Numbered from the stretch's first letter, positions 14,790 to 26,726 are shown. The stretch is DNA of 64,000 nt from Octopus vulgaris (GCA_951406725.2 OX597817.1:37200001-37264000); one strand, 5' to 3'. The notes: generated from the sequence alone by a model not told the origin. Numbers and translations are program-made.

Positions 14790-14950
14790 GTGTATTGTTA
14801 TTAATATTATTGTTATTATTATTATTATTGATATTAATATTATTGTTATTATTATTATTATTGATATTATTGTTATTATTAATTTTAATATTATTGTTAT
14901 TATTATTATTGTTATTGTTATTATTATTACTATTATTATTATTATTATTA
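14790..14950. repeat. (ATT)n imperfect microsatellite
   Basis: Directly visible; explains the poly-L/I/N ORFs. Confidence 0.95.
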
Positions 14951-15248
14951 CTTGCAAATATATGTGTTGTGTTCGGTTCGTGATAAAGCAAAAAAAGTAA
15001 TAGTGGGAATATTGCCAGTCCTTGTCTCTAATTTGAGCTAATACAAAATGTATGAAACGGTTATGCTATATTTCAAACATCTAATATACTTAATCATAGA
15101 TGGAAGTACACTCTTATGTTTAGATTTATGATTACATGTAGACAAAGGAAGTATTTCTGACACAGCCACACACAGATATTCACATATTCACAAACATACA
15201 TGTGCAAAATATGTGCGTGTGTTTAAATAATTTGTCTGTGTATATCTT

Positions 15249-15870
<622 letters not shown>

Positions 15871-16320
15871 ACACTCACACGCACGCATAGTCTACTTCAG
15901 AGAGTACATCATAGCCCATTTAAGTGAAATATTTTTCGCCAAAGACTTGAATATTTCTTCATACAAATTAAAGGTCATTTCTCGTTTTGACTGTAATTCT
16001 TCAATTGGAATACTTTCCGTGACAGATCAGTAAGTTTCCAAGGCCATAACTGTCATCAGGCAGTGCAAAAAAATTCCGATAGGATAATTTTGTTACCTGC
16101 GGCGTCGAAATATCAGTCACTCAGTTTTTGATGCAAAACTACTTGGAACTGAAGAACATACAAAAGAGAAAAAAATTATTTAAAAACAGATACATTTTAT
16201 ATCCAACGGGAAATATGCTATCCTTCTAGAAAAGCTATCTTGATAACTTTTTGAGAAACCAACCGTATTTTTTCTAAAAATAAGTTGTATATTGATAATG
16301 TAAATAGTGGCATTCAATAT

Positions 16321-17147
16321 TATTTTCCAGTCCAGGCACAAGGCCCGAAAGTTTGGAGGAGGTGACCAGTCGATTAGATCGACCTTAGCACTTAATTTAT
16401 CGACCCCAAAGTATGAAAGGCAAAGTCGACCCCGGCTGAATTTGAACTCAGAACGTAAAGAGTGTCGAAATACCTATTTCTTTACTACCCACAGGGGGCT
16501 AAACACAGAGAGGACAAATAAGGACAGACAAACGGATTAAGTCGATTATATCGACCCCAGTGCGTAACTGGTACTTATTTAATCGACCCCGAAAGGATGA
16601 AAGGCAAAGTCGACCTCGGCGGAATTTGAACTCAGAACGTAACGGAAGACGAAATACCGGTAAGCATTTCGCCCAGCGTGCTAGCGTTTCTGCCAGCTCG
16701 CCACCTTACTGGCATTCAATATCTTTCCTACTCTTGGCACAAGGCCCGAAATTTTTTGGGAGGGGTCAGTCGATATGATCGACGCAGTATGCAACTGGTA
16801 CTTCATTTATTGAACCCGAAATGATGAAAGCAAAATCGACCTCGGTGGAATTTGAATTCAGAAGTAAAGACAAACGAAACACCGCTAAGCATTTCGGCCA
16901 GCATGGTAACGTTCCTTACTTCTTTATTGTCCACAAGGGACTAAACATAGAGGGGAAAACAAGGACATACAAAGGGATTAAGTCGATTACATCGACCCCA
17001 GTGCGTAATTGGTACTTAATTTATCAATCCCGAAAGGAAGAAAGGCAAAGTCGACCCCAGCGGAATTTGAACTCAGAACGTAGCGGCAGACGAAATACTG
17101 CTAAGCATTTGGCCCAGCGTGCTATCGTTTCTGCCAGCTCGCCGCCT
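16321..17147 (-). mobile_element. Two head-to-tail dimeric SINE family A copies
   Basis: Reverse complement of family A; heads end at ~16707 and ~17147. Target motif gtggcattcaatat is seen at ~16307, ~16709 and degenerate at ~17150. Confidence 0.88.
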
Positions 17148-17356
17148 TAGTGGTCTTTAATATTGCCAAAAACTGTAAAAGAATTAAATAGTTGTATAAG
17201 ACTTTTATGCATGATATACAACGAAAACCTCGAATTGAAATTGAACTATGCTGCTATATTTACTCATCACTCTGGAGGTCAGTAAATTCCAGCATAATGC
17301 CTCTTCCTAGGAGCAAACAATTTGGTACTTCATTTGCCGATACGCACACACACATT

Positions 17357-17410
<54 letters not shown>

Positions 17411-17462
17411 TATACATACATATATACATATATATATATCTATATCTATATCTATCTATCTA

Positions 17463-17501
<39 letters not shown>

Positions 17502-17502
<1 letters not shown>

Positions 17503-17595
17503 AGTAAATATTCTAAAATTGCAACGATACAGAGAAGTTTAGCATGGTCCCTGAGCAAGGATGGCACACAATTTCGTGAAGCGTTTCATATTGTT
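17502..17595 (+). pseudogene. U6: U6 snRNA retro-pseudogene (5'-truncated)
   Basis: cagtaaatattctaaaattgcaacgatacagagaagtttagcatggtccctgagcaaggatggcacacaatttcgtgaagcgtttcatattgtt is colinear with canonical U6 (ACAGAGA box, AGC triad, 3' GAAGCGTTCCATATTTT). It has scattered substitutions, lacks the 5' stem, and has (TA)n upstream instead of a PSE/TATA promoter. Confidence 0.93.
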
Positions 17596-17665
17596 CTTCA
17601 AGGCAGTGCACCAGGTTGGCCTCAGTCAAATGACCGAAACAGGTATAAGAATGAAAGAATAGAAA
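17596..17665 (+). mobile_element. SINE-B/LINE-type 3' tail fused to the U6 copy
   Basis: cttcaaggcagtgcaccaggttggcctcagtcaaatgaccgaaacaggtataagaatgaaagaat matches the tail aaggcggtgctccagcatggccgcagtcaaatgactgaaacaagtaaaag of family B. Confidence 0.8.
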
Positions 17666-17986
17666 ATTCAACAAAATAAGTACTCCATCTGGTGAGATAT
17701 AAATATTGTTTATTTAAAGGACATAATATATGTCTTTAAGGGCTACTAAAAGTGTCATATGTTTAGGAGTTTCTCAAACATAATCATCAGGTGCAAACCA
17801 CAAGTCATAACGAGCGAACAATGTTGAATGAGGAAGAAACGCTAAAAAACGCTAAAAAGGCAGCATACAGAGAGAGTGTGAGCCTAAAGATTGCTTAGAG
17901 ACACAAGGCGTGTTATAAAAGCCTGCCTAGACCTGACTTTCCAATGCTAAAAAACCATCAGCAGCTCGTATCTTTATACTTTGTAC

Positions 17987-18060
17987 TTTAAGTGATATAG
18001 GGAATATATCTTTTAAGTGATATAGGGAATATATCTTTTAAGTGATATAGGGAATATATA
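17987..18060. repeat. 25-bp minisatellite, 3 copies
   Basis: Unit ttttaagtgatatagggaatatatc repeated three times. Confidence 0.9.
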
Positions 18061-18706
18061 TTTTTTTGTATCTTACCTTATCGGAACAGTAAGCAAGAAA
18101 GAATCGATTCAGCAAACTCGCTTAATTGCATAAAACTAATGTCGTTTGAACCCCACTTTATCACCAGAAACTTGCCGAAACATTTTCATATGTTATATTG
18201 AATATATTAACTATTAGATCACATCAGTATTGTTTTTGCAACATTGTTATGTGAAGACTCATCATGTATGACCGCAATGTGTCAGCTAGATCAAATCATA
18301 TTCCATACAATATCTACCCTACGTGGATTCTATTTCAATCCCATCCTTAGCGTATCATGTATTTATGAAGGCATATGTACATCCTAAAGTAAGCATTTAA
18401 CAAAATTTGTCTTTTATACTTTAACTATATGAAAATTTTAAACTTTTATTTAATCTTTAATTTTTGATGTTATCTTTGTTAATATAGGTTATTGACTATC
18501 TTATTAATAATGTATTTATGTGTAAGTGTAAAAGCGTGTGACTATGTATATAGGTGGAGGAATATATATGTGTATGTATAGGTTTATATAATAATGTGTC
18601 TACATATGTATTTATATACTTGTGTGTGTGTGTTCGTAGAAATATATTATTGATAATGTATCTACATCCATATATACGTCTGTATATCTATACCTATCCT
18701 CCTCTT

Positions 18707-18789
<83 letters not shown>

Positions 18790-19190
18790 ATGTGTGTGTG
18801 CGCTTGCATTTATTAACATATGTATATTAAGGAGCAGAAAATGAATCTTAATTCCTCAATCTCTCAATATAATTTTACATTTTATTAGTTTTATTTTTGT
18901 TTACTACTTCAATACATACACATTGTACTAATATACGAACTCTGGTGGTATTATAATGGCAGATAAGTTATAAATTAATCCTTGGTAGTAGACAGCTCTG
19001 CATAAAGCGGATACTGGGCTGCTAGACAGCCTACATACTTCTCGTGTTTCTGGCTATTATCACAAAGATAAGTAAATGAATTGTTATATCTTGTTCTTTC
19101 TTAGGAGTCACTTCAAGATTCTTGCAAACCAAATACAACAACGAATCGAAATATTTAGTGATTTGTTTAGATAGTTAGATTAAACAAAGT

Positions 19191-19490
19191 GTGTTCCTTC
19201 TCGAGCCACGCCTGGCTCATTAGGGCCGGTTTCCCGGTTTCCTTGGCGTATAGGCTCCCCACCTGGACGGGACGCCAGTCCGTCGCAAGTGAGCTGCAAG
19301 ATGCAGGAGGAAAGAGTAAGTGAAAGTTGTGGCGAAAGAGTCAGCAGAAGTTCACCATTACCTTCTGCCCGAGCCGCGTGAAGCTTAGGTGTTTCGTTCA
19401 TAAACACACACATCGCCCGGTCTGAGATTCGAAACCGCGATCCCTCGACCTCGAGCCCGCTGCTCTAACCACTAGGCCATGTGCCCCCAC
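19191..19490 (-). mobile_element. tRNA-derived SINE family C, full length with 14-bp TSD
   Basis: Minus-strand head gggggcacatggcctagtggttagagcagcggg...gcggtttcgaatctc (A/B boxes); TSD agattaaacaaagt at 19177-19190 and 19491-19504. Confidence 0.9.
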
Positions 19491-19553
19491 AGATTAAACA
19501 AAGTAGCTGGTTGTAAACCCTCAATAAAAGATCAGAGTAGTAAATATATTAAC

Positions 19554-19713
19554 AAGTAAAGTTAATCGCCACATCATTATGGCTGTTCAATGTTTCTACA
19601 AGTTTCACCCCAGGCTGATCTTCCACCAGATGATTATAGGTGCAACCTGCATCTCGTACATAAATATTGCCAGCAGGGGAACGAACCCCTGCCATCCTTC
19701 TGCTTCCCGCTGG

Positions 19714-19776
<63 letters not shown>

Positions 19777-19877
19777 CGGGGCGCAGGCTGGCCTATAATC
19801 AGCTGGCGAAAGATCTGCCTTGGGTTAAACTAGTAGTAATAATGAGCAGCCGCATTGATGTGGCGATTAACTTTACT
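19554..19877. mobile_element. ~320-bp foldback element (MITE-like) with internal (TA)n expansion
   Basis: Left arm agtaaagttaatcgccacatcattatggctg...gatgattataggtgcaacctgcatctcgtacataaatattgccagc is reverse-complementary to right arm gctggcaatata..tatgtacggggcgcaggctggcctataatcagctgg...gatgtggcgattaactttact. Confidence 0.85.
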
Positions 19878-19940
19878 CATTTAGTTTAGTTTTATCTGTT
19901 TAGTTATTTAATTTTTTTATGATTTTGCACATCTTTTTAA

Positions 19941-20328
19941 GAGTGGCTGTGTGGTAAGTAGCTTGCTTACCAACCACATGGTTCCGGGTTCACTCCCACT
20001 GCGTGGCACCTTGGGCAAGTGTCTTCTACTATAGCCTCGGGCCGACCAAAGCCTTGTGAGTGGATTGGTAGACGGAAACTGAAAGAAGCCCGTCATATAT
20101 ATGTATGCGTGTAAATGTTTGTGTGTCTGTATTTTCCCCCCAACATCGCTTGACAACCGATGCTGGTGTGTTTACCTCCCCGTAACTTAGCGGTTCGGCG
20201 AAAGAGACCGATAGAATGAGTACTAGGCTTACAAAGTCCTGGGGTCGATTTGCTCGGCTAAAGGCGGTGATCCAGCATGGCCGCAGTCAAATGACTGAAA
20301 CAAGTAAAAGAGTAAAAGAGAGTAAAAG
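19941..20328 (+). mobile_element. SINE family B (tRNA head + CORE-like domain + LINE-derived tail)
   Basis: gagtggctgtgtggtaagtagcttgc...ggttcactccc...accttgggcaagtgtcttctactatagcctcggg (CORE/MIR-like)...ccagcatggccgcagtcaaatgactgaaacaagtaaaagag. Confidence 0.9.
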
Positions 20329-20939
20329 ATTGTTTTCTTCATCTACCCGTTTCTTTGACGACCGGCTCAACTGTTCTTGTGGTTTTACAATCGAAGGTTC
20401 TGTATTTTATTCGAAATGTTATATGCTAATGAAGAGAGTGTAATAGAATCAACGTGAAGTATACATACTGTGGAACATGGTTTGATTTAGCAGACTCATT
20501 GTGTTCTTACCTGATATGGCTTCACTTATCAATGTTGCTGAAATAATACTGGCGCGATGTAACATTTAAAAAGATTAATACCTTATATGATAATATTGCG
20601 GAAACTGTCTGCTGTTAGAATAGAAACGAAACAAATGTAGTATAATACACGAATGAATATTTGCTCAATGCAGTCTCTTGTTTACACTTTTATGCAAATT
20701 ATACGGATATTCACGGATTTCCAGATACACCTTCAGTTATACAATCGGTTTTCGCTGTAAAACTGTACATAGTAACAGATACCCGTAGACTTACTTTATA
20801 AAGCGAACTTGAAGGTGCATCGCTGTTCCTTTTGTTCCTAGTTCCTGCTCAGAGATTCCGTTATCTATCATAGTTTATTATGCGTTGTCAGTGTTGTTGT
20901 TTTTGCTATTCACATCATCATCATCATTACCAACAACAA

Positions 20940-21128
20940 CAGCCGTTCAAGAATTTGGACCTGGAGATCTCCATTTCCAGTAACTTCGAGGGCCAACTCC
21001 AAGTGATGTCGGGCGTCAACAAAGAGCCCTCGACTACAACAAGACGACCAAAGTTTTTTTTCCAAGGTTTGAGGTATCCCGCCCCTAAGCCCTAGAACAT
21101 CACCTAATCAACCTTACCTGTCTTGCCG
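20940..21128 (+). mobile_element. Unclassified ~190-bp interspersed element in trinucleotide repeats (copy 1)
   Basis: Colinear with the reverse complement of 42530-42725; flanked by (CAT)n(CAA)n and (CAT)n. Confidence 0.8.
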
Positions 21129-21172
21129 TCATTATCACCATAATTGTCATCACCATCACCATCATCATCACC

Positions 21173-21236
<64 letters not shown>

Positions 21237-21278
21237 ACACCACCACCACCACCATCATCATCATCATAATCATCATAT
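21129..21278. repeat. (CAT)n/(CAC)n microsatellite
   Basis: Directly visible. Confidence 0.95.
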
Positions 21279-22404
21279 CTTTCTCTTTTCTTATATTTGT
21301 GATAACAGCACATATAACGAAGTAATCATGGTAAATTTTCTATGTCTTCTCGCTGATAGTTGAAGCATTACATGATTAAAAAAAATCTGTGAACAAAATC
21401 ATGATGTTCACTGAACACTTTTTTTGTGGATCTGTCATGTGACGAATGAAACCATTTTTCAAGTGTCGGAACACAGCGAGACAGCCTCTCAGTGCAGTTC
21501 CACAATATATAGTGTAGTTAGTTACATTTTAGTTATGTATTGGAAATTCTGTCATAGTCTTTCGATCGCTAACTGCTAATTGCATGCTTCAAGAAGAACG
21601 CAAACACATACATATGTGATATCTATGCATATTTCTACAAATGCGTGTGTGTTTGTATTTATGTATATATGTGTATAGCATAGGGAAATATGAAAAGTAT
21701 GTAATGAAAAGAAAATATCTGGAACATAATCATATTTTTAATGAAACGTTGTTCTAAATGCATACGTACACGCGTATACCTCTGTGTGTGTGTGTGTGTA
21801 TTCGTATAACGAAGACCAACTTTTCTTTTACATATATTGCATTGGAAACATAATTATGTTCTACCGTTCTTTGAAATTAAGACTATAAGAAACGTTAAAG
21901 AAGGATATAGGAGTTGTATTATCCCCAACAGAACTACAAAAATACAGGGGGAAAAACCTGAATAGAAATTATAGAATTAGAACACAGTCGTGATTTTAAT
22001 GAGATTTTCGTAAAATTTTAATAGGACCGTGAATGTAGTACTTGGGCGTGCGTACATACATTTTTGTCCTTCGTGTTCATTTAGGCAAGCTGGAATATTG
22101 TCTTAAATGCTAATTGCTCTGTTATTAAGACTGGCGCTTTGAAATTTTTGACTGTGACATCACTAAGTGATCGATCGATTCCTTTTACTCTTAAATCCTT
22201 GGTCATTTCACAGAATGAGAAGATAGATTTGTTGATTTTGTTTTATTGATAGTGATTGTGTTGTTTCAGTTTTTGTGTTGCTTCACACAACACAGCTATT
22301 TTAGGCTACACTTAATGATGTTCAAGCGGTTACAATACCATTTCTGTTGTCTTTTGTTCAAACATAGCGTATGGGATATACGACGCATTGTGCCATACCT
22401 TATT

Positions 22405-22570
22405 TCCCGTTTTCCATGACATATACTGCCCATCTGGATGGGACGCTTGACCATCGCAAGATTACTCATTTTTGCCAGCTGAGTGGATTGGGGAAACGTG
22501 AAATGAAGTGTCTTGCTTAAGAACCCAAAGCCTCACCCGGTCTAGGAATCGAAACCACAATATTACGCTC
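22405..22570 (-). mobile_element. Degenerate SINE related to family C
   Basis: cccatctggatgggacgc...cccggtctaggaatcgaaaccac resembles 19255-19440. Confidence 0.6.
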
Positions 22571-22974
22571 CTCCACTGATTTAATGAAGACTTGGCTCGT
22601 ATTTGTAGGTGTTCTTTTGCTGTTTTTAATCAATATTTACGTTATGTGTAGGCGTGGTATTCGTAAAGTATTTAAAATACCAAATACATTGCCTGAGAGT
22701 ATTTTGGTTATGAACTTAATTCCTTGGATATTTACTCACTTGGAAGTTCTTGGAGCACCGGTATGGTATCTATTTCTAATACTTTGGTTCTGAACCATCT
22801 TTATCTCTTTAATCTAATTATATTCGGTTTGTTTATTTTTCGTTTTATATAGGTAAAACAACGCAGAATTGCAAATTAGCCAAAGCTCGCAGAACAGAAT
22901 TAGTTGGACAATAGATATCACGCTGTAAAACTACTACTATTAGTAGTAGTAGTAATAGTAATAATAATAATAAT

Positions 22975-23386
22975 GGATGACTAAAAGTGATTTAAAATCG
23001 GAAACGGAGGCTCTAATCTGTGCTGCCCAAGTGCAAGCGTTAAGAACGCATTACATCAAATACAAAATAGACAACACATCAGAAAGTGATAAGTGCAGAA
23101 TTTGTGGACAAAATGGTGAAACCGTATGGCATATTTCCGGTCAATGTACGCGACTAGTCCAGAAAGAATATAAGAGGCGTCATGACAATATGGCAAGGGT
23201 TGTCCATTGGACACCTTGCAACAAGTGTGGAATTACCAAAGCAAAAAAGTGGTACTAACATAAACCCGAAGGCATCGTCGAAAATAGAAATGCAAAGATC
23301 CTATGGAATTTTATGCGCCATGAGATAGAGAATAGGGAACCAGACTTAGTGTTGATTGAAAAAGAAAACAAACGATGCTGGAAGAT
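22975..23386 (+). mobile_element. Dong/R4-clade non-LTR retrotransposon fragment (zinc knuckle + RLE endonuclease region), inactivated
   Basis: Translation LKSETEALICAAQ..ALRTHYIK..CRICGQNGETVWHI..C..L..KEYKRRHDN...KILW...PDLVLIEKENKRCW, with stops and a deletion. The 5' junction lies in a (TAA)n tract, the known Dong target. Confidence 0.85.
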
Positions 23387-24724
23387 AAAAATTTTGTTAA
23401 AAATGTTCAAAGTAAACTGTATTCTGTATGAGTCATTCCACCAGTATATGAAGTTTCGAACTGTTTAGAAAAAAATATATTTATTTAAAAATCTGTGAGC
23501 CAAACTGAACAGATCCAGTGTATATGCCATATTTCGGGGAGTTTTGCCCCGTTCATCAGCACCTATCTAACATATTCTCATCTCTGAACATATCGTTTAC
23601 ATAACCACTGCATAGAGCGATGTTAAGTTATTGGATTTCATTGTATTTCTACATCTGACGTCTCAATACGAAACATTGTAGCAAAAACCTCAGTGCTGGC
23701 TGTAATTTCTGTAGAAATAACATTAACAAAAATATATACGTAGATTCATACAAAAGATCACACACAATACACTACAGCATATATATGTGTACACAATACA
23801 TTACAGCATATATGTGTATATAAGTGAATATATGTGCGCATGTACACATGCTCACGTAAAGTATACGTTTGATCGGTCACACTATAGTTACAAGACTGTG
23901 TAAATTCTATATGATATATTGTGCGCTTTTTTTCTTAGCTAAAAAGGCGCGCTCGAGCGCTGCACTCTCGCATTTACACCCACGAGCACACACACATACA
24001 CACACAGATATCCATGTATATATACATAAATGTAGTACGCCTGATCATACGTAGAGGGGGTGTCTATGTATAATAAGTAAAGTTATAAAAAGCAAGTATG
24101 TTGTCTTAATCTATTTGAAATCTTACAGGAAGGATGTATAGACCGGCGCCATATTCACTTGTCATAAGAGTAGATAGATGGATGGAGTTAAGTGAGAGGT
24201 GATAGTCGGTGATGTCAAACTCTAAATATGCTACCGCCGTAAAGCAAACTCTGCTAAGTGCCGGACGCGGATGTTTACAGTTCAACTAATTAATTCTAGT
24301 TTTTTTTTGTTTTCTTTCGTGTCAATGTTTCCTACGTAATAATTTTTTTTTGAGGTTATAGTTTTCTTCTGTTTTTAGTTTATTTGAACAACTCATCATA
24401 GGAATATAGGAATTATACGTAATGAAGAACATTGTATCCTATCTTTCACTCTGTTTATGCACATTTTATTGTGTATGCATCTGATCATGTATAAATATTT
24501 TTACTCAAGCACACTCCCACACACGTATATTACTGCACACATATGTGCATGTATATGATGTTCATGTGTTTGTGTGTGTATGCATATATATATAGAGAGA
24601 GATAAACAGATAAATAGGAAGGGGGAGAGAGAGAGATAAACAAATTCACACGAGCATAGTGTTATCAATGTTGATGATGACGACGACAACGATGATAGTG
24701 GTGGCGGGAGCGATGGAATAGTTT

Positions 24725-24757
<33 letters not shown>

Positions 24758-24758
<1 letters not shown>

Positions 24759-24924
24759 TGTTGTGTGTGGGGAGAGTCATTTTCTTTTTGTGCCTTATAA
24801 TTTAAAACACTCACCGGTAAAATTTCAGACTATTGAAAAGGTTGCAAGACGCAACGAAACTTTACCGGTGAGTGTGTTAAATTATGAGGCACAAAAAGAA
24901 AATGACTCTCCCCAGACACAACAG
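24758..24924. repeat. Foldback element, ~68-bp arms, adjacent to (TA)n
   Basis: ctgttgtgtgtggggagagtcattttctttttgtgccttataatttaaaacactcaccggtaaaatttc versus gaaactttaccggtgagtgtgttaaattatgaggcacaaaaagaaaatgactctccccagacacaacag. Confidence 0.9.
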
Positions 24925-25065
24925 AATATGCTTCAAAACAGGAACTCATATAAAGTATCTTGGAAACCAAATCTAAAAACGATATGTTTATATATACGTG
25001 AGTCGTCTAAGAAATCATAAATCATGGAAAAGATGCACACACATCTATCAGTAGAGTGGGTATAT

Positions 25066-26725
25066 TATCCGAAATGTATAGTATTAAATATTCATCACGG
25101 CTGATCTTACCAATATGTTTTTCGTAAAGAATACAGTGGAGTGTTAAGTAATAATCCGATTATATAACTTAACGCTCATCAGAGTTAGCCGATATTGTCG
25201 GAGGTGGACTAGCACAACCGGTCAGTAGCTGCTGTGAAAAAAGGTGTGGTGAAAACAAAAAGGGGCCAGTGGATTGGGTTAGGAGCAATGTCCCTTGGTT
25301 GGGTATGCTGCGAAGCCGGGAAGAGTTATTTTGAAGTGGTGAAACTGTGCATTATTAATGTGGAGGTGGAGTGTGTGATATCTGTAGTGATGTCATATGC
25401 ATAATTTTTTCCGGGGGTGTAGATATACATAGCTATGTTCGTTGGTCTGTATTGTTTCTGTAAAGGATACAGTGATGTTTTTTTTTATATGTTAGCTTGC
25501 GGTGTGTAATGTGTATGTAATGTGCGTTTGGGGAGGGGTCTGTGTATGTGTAGAATTTGTGTGCAGAGGTATGTGTTGGAGTGGGTGGGAGACAGTCACT
25601 TTTGTTGGGCGTCCATAATATTGGGGTGTGCGTATGTGTACATGGGTGCATTCGTGTGTGCTTTGGTCAAACTCTTTTTGCCAGGCTCAGAGGCATTGGT
25701 GGAATTCGTTGGCGGAGAGTGGAGACAGAGGATTTACAGTAGCAGCCATGGTGGGGTCCACAGTTATAATAGGATGTACTTCCTTTCATGTGGGCAAGGA
25801 TTAAACACCTCACTCCTGTTGTTCGGGTAAACATCCGGGTGTTGGGTACCTTTTAAAATTGCTCTCTTCTCAGCCAGGCATAATCTGCAATTCCGGCTGC
25901 TATTGAAGTACGGTTTGCATTTTTTTACGATCATCCACTTTATGTTGTGCTCCATGGCGCTTTCTTTCAAATCTCAGCCATGCATGGCAAGAGTTGTGGC
26001 GTTAAGTCTGAGATGTTGAAGGAAGACTTGTGGATATTATAGCAGGTTCTGAAGGGGATTTCCGTTGCCCCCACATACTTCCGCGAGCTCGGTTGTCCGA
26101 TGGGTCCTGTTGCTGTTACTTCTGCCTCGTAAACAACTGTTTCTGTATTGTAGTAGGCTTTCAGTGGACAAGTTGTGTTACCCCTGCATGAGCATCCTGC
26201 CTCGGGCGTGGGCCTATTTACTAAAATCTTTTTTTACACTAGATGTACTGCTAAAGGATAATCTCAGGGTATGTCTATTAAATATTTTGTTGAATCTATT
26301 GGTACGGGGGTAGTGCCTATCAACTAAACTAAAGAAGATCTTACCTACTGTGGTCTTAACATTTAAAGAGAATGGCCGCGTGAACCACAGTAATTTCCGG
26401 TGGTACTTTCTCTTGATGGATGGCTAGGGTCTTGGCATGTAACTAATTTTATCCTTGAAGCCGCTGGCAGCCAGAGCCCGGTTGTAGTACGGGGCAGGAA
26501 CATCAAAGATCTCTTTTCTTGAAGACAAGCTGGGGATTCTGCTGGATGGCAGAAACCTGTGGAAATGTAAAACAACTTATCATTTGCTTTCCTAAAGAGC
26601 CTATAGCGTCACGTCAAGGAAATCTACCGTTTTCAGCTTGGTCTGTATGGTGACCTTCAGTCCATGGAAGTTCATGGTTCTTGTGAGGTCCTTTTTGAAC
26701 CTGTCTAATGTGTGGGCCTCTGGGC
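25066..26725 (-). mobile_element. Penelope-like element (Naiad-type), 5'-truncated: RT C-terminus, linker, GIY-YIG endonuclease and 3' pLTR
   Basis: Minus-strand translation: GLKVTIQTKLKTVDFLDVT / WFTRPFSLNVKTTVGKIFFSLVDRHYP..FNKIFNRHT / CSCRGNTTCPL..VVYEAEV..KYVGAT..HKSSF / IKW..CRLCLAEK..RSEVFNPCPHERK. Frameshifts and stops are present. Confidence 0.88.
25098..25191 (-). ncRNA. Degenerate hammerhead ribozyme in PLE terminal repeat
   Basis: Minus strand: cggctaact CTGATGA gcgt..[insert]..ac GAAA aacatattgg TA agatcagccg; the outer cggct/agccg pair as stem I. Confidence 0.6.
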
Positions 26726-26726
26726 T

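Noticed and set aside
17502-17595. Functional U6 snRNA gene
   Set aside because: The 5' stem is missing, there are multiple substitutions, there is no upstream promoter, and it is fused to a retroposon tail.
17987-18060. CRISPR-like array
   Set aside because: The units are contiguous with no spacers; this is a eukaryotic minisatellite.
19430-19490. tRNA genes at SINE heads
   Set aside because: A/B-box-like heads continue into SINE bodies with TSDs and form no complete cloverleaf.
25764-26220. Selenoprotein-coding Naiad (in-frame UGA + SECIS)
   Set aside because: The Cys positions I could read are TGC/TGT. The one TGA (~25975) falls at a usual Trp position and looks like decay, and no SECIS-like AUGA/AA/GA hairpin is evident downstream.
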